The notes below the pieces were generated by a model that worked only from the letters and a program-made list of their open reading frames with translations, had not been told where the DNA came from and ran no database searches. From Balanoglossus misakiensis (lineage: Eukaryota > Animalia > Hemichordata): a stretch of 64,000 nt of DNA. The stretch covers positions 11,731,477-11,795,476 of the forward strand of contig CM082593.2 in the NCBI GenBank assembly GCA_040954595.2, read 5' to 3'. Below are positions 53,728 through 64,000 of this stretch, one piece after another. Made by a program: the position numbers and the translations under genes. Within the stretch, counting starts at the first letter, position 1; every line of letters begins with the position of its first letter.

Positions 53728-54860
53728 TCAACACAACAAATAAAAAAATGAAGTTTGTTTGTGGAGTTTTATTTTTTACAGCAACACTACCTAATGTAAA
53801 ACAGCATGTAGTATTGCTCATTTGAAACACAAGCAATCTCATAAGGTTGTCTTTGATTAGTTCGTTCCTCATCAATCAATTTACTCTTTGAACAGGTGTA
53901 ATACAGGTGCATAAATGGCTAACCTATTACCGGTAGGTTGGGTCTTCTAAAGCACTGTGTATTACCCAAATAAAACACTGTGCTTGTATTTGCAGAATAG
54001 ACATAAGGCCAAAATATTAAAGTAAATTCTTTATTTTGCACCCACTGAGTATTCTGTTAGCTAGGTGGCTAAACGGTTATAAAACAGTACACAACAAAAA
54101 TCTAGTACAAAACAATTTTTCCTTCATTTTGTCATGCTATATGAATGTCCCTGTAGTGATTTGGTTCAGTGGCTGTCTTATGACTGCACAGAGTCATGAC
54201 TTAATTTTGTGATTCAATATTGTCCATAAGAAAAATTTCCCAAGAAAACTCTGCATGTGTTTTACTTGAAAACATTTGGAAACTTATATTTGTGTGGATG
54301 TAACACAAAGAATTTACTTTGGCCTAATATTTAACAGACAAATTGAACTATCCTAAGCCAAAGAATTTGCTTGAGCTTGAATTGAATTTTTTCTGACAAC
54401 TAGTGTGTCATTATTTGAATTTATTCTATCTTTGCACACAGGCAAAGTGCAAAAAACCAGCAGTCTGTTTAAATCGCTGGAGTTCTTTCTGACAAAGCTT
54501 GCGTTAGAAGATATCTATGGTGCAGCCAAGTGTTTTGACACAACTGTGCAAGGACTGGTGTTTACTCCAAGAGAGATGGAAAGTTACAACAAGAGCGAAT
54601 GTACTATCATTGTTCGATTGACTGATTTCCTGACTGTCTTGCTGGCTCTCCACTCCAATGAATTGGGAAAGGTAAGGATGAAGGATGCAGTTTTTCGCCT
54701 CAAAATGTGAGCACAGTGTCATTTATGCTATTTTTGTTATACAAGGGACATGTTATCAATTTTATTTCTGTTTATGTGATATAAGAAGGGTGAGGTTGAT
54801 CCAACAAAAAATTACATAAAACAATATTGATTATGAGTAGTGATTTAAGGTATACTTCAG

Positions 54861-55197
54861 AGGAACAAAGTCTCTCTCTCGCTGCCTTTTATCCATTAAC
54901 TATGTTTGATACTAGACACCGTTTATGTCATGTGGATATATAGTGAATCAACGTTCGACCACACACACCTTCCATCCCATTTGAAGCATATGAGAGTAAA
55001 AATCTCGCCAAAATGAATAAACGGTAAACACCAATTATTCAATTTGGTGACTTTTTCACTCTAGTGTCTGCAAGTGGGATGGAAGTTGTGTGTGGTTGAA
55101 CGTTGATTCACTATATATCCACATGTAGAATAACATAAACAGTGTCTTGTATCAAACATTATTTATGGAAAAGGCAGCAAGAGAGAGACTTTGTCCC
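54861..55197. mobile_element. Kolobok-like MITE family member
   Basis: acaaagtctctctctcgctgcc..ggcagcaagagagagactttgt inverted ends. Confidence 0.7.
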
Positions 55198-55593
55198 ATT
55201 TCACCCAAGTTCTCTCTTTAGAGGTCGTACATTCCATAGGAAACAATGCGTTTGGACTGAACCATGGCTTTGAAAGGGTTAAACAGTACTTGTAAAAAGT
55301 GTTGTTGATTAGAACTGTCCAGTCAGACCAGCCATTCACCTGTTATATCTCACTTCATCCACTTTGTGATAATTTTCCTTGCCTCTGCAAATTCTTCAAA
55401 TATAATTTACTGGTTCAATATGCATTTACGTAGTTACTTGAAGTTCAAAGACAAGTATGACATGCCCTTTAAAAGCTGCTCTAACCCGGTTACCACAATT
55501 GTTTCTATGGTGAAATTGGACCTCTTTAGAGGGATTAGGGGGTGAAAGGGTTAAGAGTGAATATATTCATTTGGTTATTGATGTCTAAAGGTA

Positions 55594-55780
55594 CTGTAAA
55601 ACAGTTTATTTTCGCGAGCAATAAATTTTCGCGAGATACACGAGAGCCAAAAAATAGTGAAAATAAAAAGTCGCAAAAAATGTTTTTGACAGATAACGAT
55701 GCAATAAATGAAAATATGGAAAGTGAAAATTAATTCTCGCATAACAGTTGCCTCTTTCATGAAAATAACCTGTTTTACAG
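55594..55780. mobile_element. TA-flanked MITE
   Basis: TA|ctgtaaaacagtttattttc..gaaaataacctgttttacag|TA. Confidence 0.7.
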
Positions 55781-55802
55781 TATACGTTTGCAGTCCATAT
55801 TT

Positions 55803-56469
55803 AGGGGTTATTACACGAATTTTGGTCGATAACGCGTCGTATTCGAGTGATGTCCGTTTTTGGACGAGTTGCTAAGCAACAAGTCAAAATACGGACATCA
55901 TGAGAATGCGTCGCGTTATCAGCCAAAATTCGTGTAATAACCCCTTTATCATACATGCCTACCTATAAAACAGTACAATTTGCGAAAATGCGCCGAGAAA
56001 AACGATTTCAAATTTGAACGGGCGCCCTGGGATCACGGCAGTAGCCATGTTGTGACATATGACGTGTGGGCCGTAGTATCATTTTAAGGGGGTTGGCAGC
56101 TTTCATTACGATGGGCACATCCGCATTCTAAATAAAATTGTCTACGTTCTCTTTCAAAATATCATGTTAACAATTATTTTGCATTGAGAATTTCAAAGAA
56201 GTAAAAATGATACGTTCAACATGGCAAAACTGCCAGCTTTGAAAACGTTATTACAGCTTCTAATAACCGAATTTTACAACACCCCTCTCCTCTAGTGTCC
56301 TATGCCCCATACGTCGCTCGCACGCGCAGCGAACTGTCGCGCCGCGCGTTCTCAAAAATAGTTCGAGACACGGAGTGAAGATATATTGCACTCAGTGTAG
56401 TACTGTAAAATATCTTCGGGGCGAGAACAATAGAAAGTGCCAAATACAGGCGTTGCATGTATGATAAAG
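55803..56469 (+). mobile_element. Hairpin-headed element
   Basis: Palindrome aggggttattacacgaattttgg..ccaaaattcgtgtaataacccct, then ttatcatacatg paired with catgtatgataa. Confidence 0.75.
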
Positions 56470-57277
56470 ACATTTATATGATGACATTATCACATTCAGT
56501 TTGAAGTAAAACAATGAATGATAATTATTTTTGTTTTCTTCTAAGTGTCCCATTGATTCATTCAAATGCGGTGATTGTAAGTACAAAATACACACAAATT
56601 ACTATTTTAACCATGCAGTGTTACAGAGGCTTAATGAGGCCACAGGAGTAATTTTTTTATTTCATGCCTGTAATAAAAAATTCATGAAATAAAAAATATA
56701 TATTCCTGTGGCCTCATTAAGCCTCTATACAGTGTTAATAGTGTAATGAATGACACCAATTTTTTGATTACGGATTTGATGTTTTGCTTTAGCAGTCCAT
56801 CCCAAGCAGCTTGTGGAGCACCCATTTGTACGAATGCATCACCAGCTTGTGTTTTAGACCCCACATCTCTTGGTTTTGACATGGGTGATGTTGAAGTCAT
56901 CAATAACTTGCCTGCCAGGGTAAGTATTATTATAAGAATTTATAACGGTTTTCCCCATATTTTAAACAAGTGTGTCTGTGTTGTGGATGAGTGATTCCCT
57001 TATGGGGGGATTGCAGCTATAAGGGGAATCAATAGTCTGTAACACAGGTACACGAGTGAGGACTAATGACGAGAAAGATATGTTTATCACATACATACAT
57101 CAGCTAATTTTGATTGTCAAATAAAACTTGTTAGGATGAAATTTGGAACTATGTTGTGCCAAAATGAAGAGATCAATATTATGCGGTCCCATTTGTCAGG
57201 TGCCTTTGTGGAAGAATTTTTTTTGCAAAGAAATGATACATAATGAGAATGGCATGAATTTCCTCTTTAGCATGCTA

Positions 57278-57456
57278 TAGTGGGGCAGTTAACAAAAAAA
57301 TCGTGCACTTTGGGTTAAAAGCATGAAACTTGGCTGTCATTTTGGATCCATATCAGAAAATGGCCGCCATGGGTCAATGCATAAGTGTACCAAGTTTTAT
57401 GCTTTTAACCCAAAGTGCACAATTATGCCAAAATGTGGGGTTAAGCTCCTGCACTA
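57278..57456. mobile_element. Internally deleted Academ-like non-autonomous element
   Basis: TAGTG..CACTA ends and a 3-bp TSD CTA; same ends as 34813-36741 in the opposite orientation. Confidence 0.75.
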
Positions 57457-57734
57457 CTAGTTAAAGGGCCGGGTTTGGAAGTGCTAAGCATTATTTGGTT
57501 GAGCTCTCATCCATTCAGACTGGCAGATTGTAGCATGATATAATATTTATAATTGTTATTTTATCATTGGGAGCAGACTTGACAATTACTGGGACTGCTT
57601 GCACAGAAAGCACCTAAGAGTGTTGTGATGGATTTGAAAAAATGAATCCAGAAGATGCTTGGCCAGAAAGGGTAAGGATTCATAATCATTCAGTGACTCA
57701 GAGTGCTAATGAAATGGAATTAAGTCTCTCTGTT

Positions 57735-57770
<36 letters not shown>

Positions 57771-59094
57771 TCTGTCATTAGATCCTCATAATCTCTGAGC
57801 AAAATAGACCACCAAAATGACAGTGTCTTATCATTATCTATTACAGACATGATGATATTCTCCTGATTACACCATCTTTACTGAAAGGCAGTGAGAAGGA
57901 TGTTAACATTATCAAACTGATTCACATGGTATCAGAATATGAACAGCTTCACAAGGCAAACTTGCTTCCAGCGTTGCAACAAAAGGTCAGTTACTGAATA
58001 AGCCAAAGATGAGGGAGTTCTTAAACCCCGGTGCGTAAAAGGCCGGGGATTCGGATTAACGTGTGTTTGTATAGTTGTTTATTTGGGAGTGGTCATCGTG
58101 CATAACAACTGTGTAATTGATCTCATGTACATTGAAAATAATTGAACACTTTACAACTCCATGCGATTGACAGCTGTTTGAATTGCGTGGCCATTGTTTC
58201 CCAGGGACGCGATCCATTGTTCTGAAAAGCACTGAAACCAGATTTCTCCCAAAATCATCGTTGTTTCCAAAGCTCGTTTACTTTTTCGTCGATAACTTTA
58301 TGTTGTGTGTGTTTATAAAGCCAACTACTGTCAATGTGTGGTGTAATTCTGTATGCTTGGACCTGTTTGGGCCAATTTTCATAGAGCCGAGATCGTTGGT
58401 ATTGTCTGTTGTCAGTCAAACGGCATTAAGATTCGCCACTGATTTGGGGGGGGGGGGCTTTTTATACCCTGCACCGGGGTTTATGGACTGCAAACTTGTG
58501 CCAGTATTTAGCAGTATTTATTTTCTGTCATATGCAGAACAAGTGATAATCTCTAGCCTTTTACTTAGATATTTCCACAGGCTGGATAATGTTATTTCTG
58601 ATGGATTTGATTTGGTTCTGTTTGTGGAATCATGAACATGAAAAGGGGACAACTTCAATATCAGACACGAATCAAACACACCTTTTTTTCAACAAGCTTC
58701 CTGAGGAAAATAAACTCTTGTAACACAGCAACCGGGAAAGTTACAATACATACGGAGCTTTAGCCTTTACAATACAAGCTTATGTGATCCAGGAATGTAA
58801 AAACGCCTTCATAATAATGCAGATAACATTTACCAGTATGCCCTTTTCTGATTTTGGATATATTACAAAGTAAATGGCAATATTTTTATTCACACTGCAG
58901 GGAGGTATCACTGGTGATAAACTGTCCTACAAGTTGTTGACTGCTGTGTTTGAGAGCATTGCTACAAAGACAGGCAACTCACTTATCGCTGCCCATCTTT
59001 CACCAACCCCACATGAACTGGCTACCAGACTCCTAGGGCTGACTTTCCTACAGGCTAATCAGGTAATGATATTCAGAAGTAAAGAAACTCATTG

Positions 59095-59325
59095 CCTTAC
59101 CCTGGAGTACATTTCTAACATGGTTAATCAATATACCCCTTCTCGCTACTTAAGGTCTCAGGAAAAGAACCTTCTGACAACAACACAGTACAAGCAAGTC
59201 AATTGTGGACGTGCATTTTCTTATGCTACTGCAAAGCTATGGAACTGACAGCTTAATGAGATTTGACTAACACCCAATCTTGAGTCTTATTAGATAAAAC
59301 TGAAGACATATTTGTTTGAAATAGC
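59095..59325 (+). mobile_element. L2-type LINE 3' tail fragment
   Basis: YTPSRYLRS..NLL..GRAFSYATAKLWN motif. Confidence 0.65.
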
Positions 59326-59399
59326 CTACAGTGTGTGAACAACCATTGGCCGCCACTGAACAGTACATCGGGATATTACCGCCATATAAATGTTTTTGA

Positions 59400-60039
59400 T
59401 TAGGTCCCATTGGTATGTACCATGGGACCTTATGGGATAGGTTGCGTCTGTATGTATGTATGTATGTATGCATGCATGTATGTATGTATGTATGTATGTA
59501 ACAGTATGTATGTATGTATGTATGTAAGTATGTATGTGTGTATGTGTGTATGTCTGTATGTCCGTCCACATCAAAAACTTAAAAAACCTCTGCGTGTATC
59601 ACCTTGATATTTTGTTTGCAGATGCAGGCTGGGCTGTAGATGGGAGTTCGTTCAAATGAAGTTGTCATTGCCAAAAATATGCAAATTAGCTGGGAAACTG
59701 TGAATTTGGTCAAAACTCAGTAACTCAAGAACTACTGGTCAGATTGGCTTTACGAAGTGGTGTGTATTTACTTTATTGAGTTGTTTATATACACAGCAAA
59801 TTCTTGAATGATTACATAACTGGCTTTAAAGTTTTAAAGAGACCAGCTGTTCTATTTAGTGTATGTACAGTACAAATGCCATTGGCAGCTTATGGGTCAG
59901 TCAGTGCTTGCCCATTGATCTGTCGCTATGTGTGTGTGTGTGTGTCTGTCAGTCTGTATATGTGAAAAAGTGTACTCCGGTGTACACTTTTTCTTGTGCA
60001 ATTCCTCAATGGGACCATTGTGTCCTTGACACGATTTTT
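59400..60039 (+). mobile_element. Helentron-associated (DINE-1/HINE-like) element
   Basis: Same architecture as 51492-52097. Another copy may start near 63978. Confidence 0.7.
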
Positions 60040-60089
60040 GATTGATTGATTGATTGATTAATTGAACTTTGTCATGTTGTTATAATATT

Positions 60090-60730
60090 CATTATTACAC
60101 CTCATGTATTATACCGTATTCATGATTGGCTGAGATGCGCTCACGTGATATAGAAAAAAAAGTGATATAACATGGCTAGAGTTGATAAAGCCCTGTTGCG
60201 TGCGCTGATATTGGCCGCTGAGTTGTTTTGGTGTTCTGCGTGCGACTTCTGCGCGTACTAACTGTTGTTCAATGGCTTCCTTCACGATCAGTCAACTCCC
60301 GCATCTATGGCTTCAAAGCGACACATAAGCTTAATACCTGTTCAAATGGACGATATTTTATGCAAACAGACAGTAAATACACCAAAATCGCAACCAACAG
60401 CGCAGTATCCTCAAAATTGTCTGAGTTCGAAGTAGGTATAGTTCTTGGGAGATCGAGACATTTTACATTCTCAGCAACGTACGACATATGGACGCGAGTC
60501 TACGTTCTTTTATGCTGTAGTGTATATATGTTCAAATGTTCGGCGTAATAAAATTAATAGCACATGATGCTTGGGCAACATCACGATTTGAATCCTGCCC
60601 TCGGGCTGGTGCTCTCTAACCACAATATTGATGATACCCTCGCCTGCGGCTCGCCTGCGGCTCGGGCATCATCAATATTGTGGTCAGAGAGCACCATCCC
60701 TCATGCAGGCTTCAAATCGTGATATTGCTC
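60090..60730 (-). mobile_element. Hairpin-headed element (reverse orientation)
   Basis: Palindrome at 60575-60730 with apex TCGCCTGCGGCTC (locally duplicated). Confidence 0.65.
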
Positions 60731-63700
60731 TCTCTATCATGTTTTATTATTTATGTCTGTTATTGTTAATGTTGTTCCCTACCCTAGTGTCTCCGCACCA
60801 TGGCATATCACAGCAGTGTGCCCTCTAGCCCATTTGTCACGCTACTGACTCAACAAGCTCAATGTTCACTCAAGAAAATTATCAACACCACATTCAAATG
60901 TATAGGGCTGCCTCAGAGAAATTTTTAGATATCCTTAAATTGACTCAAAGCTTTTAAAAATTGTGTTTGTTAAGGGCACACTGCACCACACAAAAGCACA
61001 CCAAAGCACACCAAACCAATGAGTTTATACATGATATTTCTAGCTTTGTGTTTCACTTTCTGGCCGTTTTTCAGTCTTGTGAACAAGATGTAATACATGT
61101 ACAGTTCAAAAGAGTTTGATTTCAACTGTTCTCCACAGTCAAAAGAGCTTCTAAGAGGGCTTTTGAACAAGACGGCTGTCAAATCAAGTGCTGCAGAGGT
61201 CTACACAGGATATATGGGATAGCCTTCTACAGTCAGTTCAAAATACCCATCAATACCCAGCTTGCATTGCATGCACAGGAAGTCACACAGACACTGATGA
61301 AGGAGGCAGTGTCAAACTCCACTGTTATTAGTACCATACTGAATGGATTGCTGGATCACATCACCAACAATAGAGACCTTAGGAAAAAGTAAGCTTCTCA
61401 GAATCAATTGCCACTAAAATTGTGTCCCCTCGGATCTGTGAGTCACCCCAAAATAAATCGCCCCAAAACAGACTGTTTTTGGGTGACTCGCAGTCCCTAC
61501 AAACATAATTATGCTCTTAATGGTACGTGAATACGGCCAGTCCATATGTGTTTTATAACAGACCTCATCCAACAGTAGCATAAAATCAGGACATTTCTCC
61601 ACTGTCATCAAGTTGGTCTCAGGCAAAGATAAAATTGCACTTGTAGTTTTCTGGAGTGTGCATGTCTAGATGGTGCTTTCCAACCTAGCCAGGCAACAGT
61701 TTAACAGTTTTCGGAACTGTTGCCTGACAATGTAACTTTTGACTGGTAAGTCCTCTTTTGTATGTATCAGTGTGAAATTGATGCACCCTACATGACTGCA
61801 CATTATACACATGTTGACTGGCTATAAGGGCATCAGCATACATCTGTAACCCAAGGGAGTGCGAGTCATCCCCAAAACAGACTGTTTCACTTGACCTTCG
61901 CCCTCGGGAAACAGTCTGTTTTGGGGGTGACTCACAGTCCCGAGGGGTGAAAGACGTATGCTGATGCCTGAAAAGCCAGTCAATATGTGTTTTGTAACAC
62001 ATCTCATTCGCAGCTACGCATAAGAACTCACGATACAAAAATTGTATGGTGAAATTTCTCAACTATCCTTTCCTTCGGCCGCAGATGACATCTTTGTTTG
62101 CTTTCCATATCGCACATGCCCAACATGTTGTTTTTGATGTGAGCAGGCATCATTTTTTGGAACTGATGCCCGGCGTGCAACAGTTCCAACAACTGATGGC
62201 TGATGACATCATTTTATATGGATCAGCACAAAAAGAACGCGTACTACTTGACTATTGATTAATGAATGAGAACACTGACTGTGGATGAGGTGTGTTATAA
62301 ACTGATTTCATGATTAAACAAACTTCACACCCATAATTTCAAATACTAAAAAATTGCAACTGGAAAACAGAATTCCATTGTGTACACTACTTGTCATCAA
62401 ACCCTACTACATCATATTAGTTTTTTGTGGATGTTCTTCAATAATTATTTCAGTCAAGGCATGACAGTACACGCAGCCATATTATCTAACTGGAATTTAT
62501 TGAAGTCCTGGTGGAGTGATGGTGCTACTCCTGACCAGAGAAGTTCTGTTATCATTTTGCTGAAGAAACTCTTGCAGATTGATTCCAAGGTTGGTCATTT
62601 GAATCTAAATTAAGCCTGTATGGCACACCATGAAAGCCCCCTGAGCTGCCACATTTCACACATTTTTTCTACAATAAAATCTTTTCCCTATTCTTTAGAA
62701 TCATCAAGCTGTTTTGCTTGTATTTGTATCAGTTTTGTACACTTTGCATGGAGGCCGATTAAATGAGTGTGTCACCTGTAACCGTATGCTTCACATACAA
62801 TTTACATTTCCTAATGGTAAATAAACTGCCTCTCTCGCTAGCTGGAGAAATGTAAATATATTGCAGATCCTGTGGTATTACCGAGTGAAGTTATCGGTCT
62901 ATGAATTTTGAATTATGTCTCCGGACAACTCATTGTGCACACTTTTATTTGTAATGTTTCAAAAAGTAAACACCCAATTAAGGTGGTTGGAAATGCTAGG
63001 GTGTCAGTTAAAATTTCATTTAAAACCACTGAATTTATATCTAAAAATGTATTTGAGAAAAATTAAAACATTGAAAAATTCTGGGCAATAAACGTGTAAC
63101 AAGATATGGCTGGTTTTATGATAGCTAATTTCATACACCTGACAAGGAAGCTAGGGAGTCTTATTATCGACGGCATATAATTGAGGTTGTTTGAAAAATC
63201 TGTAAATTCTCCACTGCCACTCGATAGAACATCTTTTTACGCCAACGGAGTGAGCTCGACTCTTGATTGGCAATGGTTGACTGCGTTATGTGCGTATGAT
63301 TGACTGCCGTGTTCGACCGGTCCATGTTCAGATTCTTCCCCTGTCCTGCTTGGACTAGTAGTCTCTCTTGGCCCTGGCTGCTTGTACGTTTGACACGTTT
63401 TGCTGTAAGTCCACTTTCGGACTTAAAAATTGAAGCTTTCGCATCAATTTTTCCCCAATCGTGTCACGCTCACGGAACAGGCAAACGCATATACTCAACC
63501 AGCGATGTAGGACTCCCACAGCGACTTGTTGCTATACAAGACGCTACGCATGCGCACAAGGACGGGTTCCCCTAGCCAAGGGCATTTAAATGTAACTTGC
63601 AAACACTGATTCTTGCAATATTCAGCGATAGATAGCCTTGCTTGTACATTAAAGGCTGCCAAATTATGGACATTTTTACGCTTCTTGGGAACCCCAAAGG

Positions 63701-64000
63701 CCAGCGGAAAGGAGTTTGACCCAGATAAATGCGATCCTTCGCCGTGAACTGCCGCTAAACTTTGCGTATTTCGCTACTTTTCTGCCCTTCGCCATAATGT
63801 TATGGTTTTTATTTGTGATTGAATTGGTATGCCAGATAATTTTTTTATCATGAAACTTTCAGGAAAGGCTCGGAACATCCAAAAGAACAATTTAACGGAG
63901 CAGTTTTTGCATAAATTTTCCCGGTGTGTTTTTGCAGCACGTTCAAGTTGTATACAAAATATCAACAAAAACTGTTTTTAGGTCCCATGGGTATAGGCCT

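Larger units (their letters stand above)
51070..62589 (+). pseudogene. PRKDC: Unprocessed partial PRKDC (DNA-PKcs) pseudogene, 8 exons from the middle HEAT region
   Basis: Exons: 51070-51257 (FESGGG..PTMESMAETFS..WYDWLLAALDCYT*VFGE), 54442-54671 (SSLFKSLEFFL..TPREMESYNKSECTIIVR), 56796-56919 (frameshift; DPTSLGFDMGDVEV), 57577-57671 (two stops), 57847-57985 (EQLHKANLL), 58901-59062, 61139-61388 (frameshift; FYSQFKIPINT..ILNGLLD), 62454-62589 (WNLLKSWW..LKKLLQIDS). Colinear with human DNA-PKcs roughly aa 1225-1660, from memory. Confidence 0.92.

Noticed and set aside
52989-53825. Overlapping 110-154 aa ORFs in the hairpin-headed element
   Set aside because: No recognisable domain, and the frames are not conserved in the paralogous copy at 34560-37219.
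59267-59607. ORFs rich in HTYI/MYVC
   Set aside because: Translations of the (gtat)n microsatellite.
60787-60960. Exon-like stretch inside a PRKDC intron
   Set aside because: No similarity to DNA-PKcs; the flanking exons already join colinearly.

Overview
AT-rich, intron-containing eukaryotic DNA from an invertebrate animal (a marine bilaterian is my guess from the repeat landscape; the species cannot be determined here). I see no intact protein-coding gene. The window is a mosaic of spliced but decayed gene fragments, all on the + strand: calcium-binding EGF exons, MED25 exons (VWA and ACID domains), EGF exons again, then 8 exons of PRKDC/DNA-PKcs. A large segmental duplication (about 3292-20483 vs 29588-49082) carries two decayed copies of an 11-12.6 kb Academ-type DNA transposon with 32-bp CAG..CTG TIRs and a 4-bp TGTA TSD. 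Its protein has a DDE-type transposase, an XPG/PIN nuclease and a C-terminal Cys cluster. Unusually, it also has an OTU cysteine-protease domain in frame between the first and second catalytic acidic motifs of the transposase. The rest is densely nested non-autonomous elements (Academ, Transib-like, Mutator-like, TTAA/Kolobok-like, Helentron/DINE-like, hairpin-headed elements, LINE fragments). Several have TSDs confirmed by empty sites in paralogous copies. All family and gene assignments come from motif recognition and recall, not database searches.
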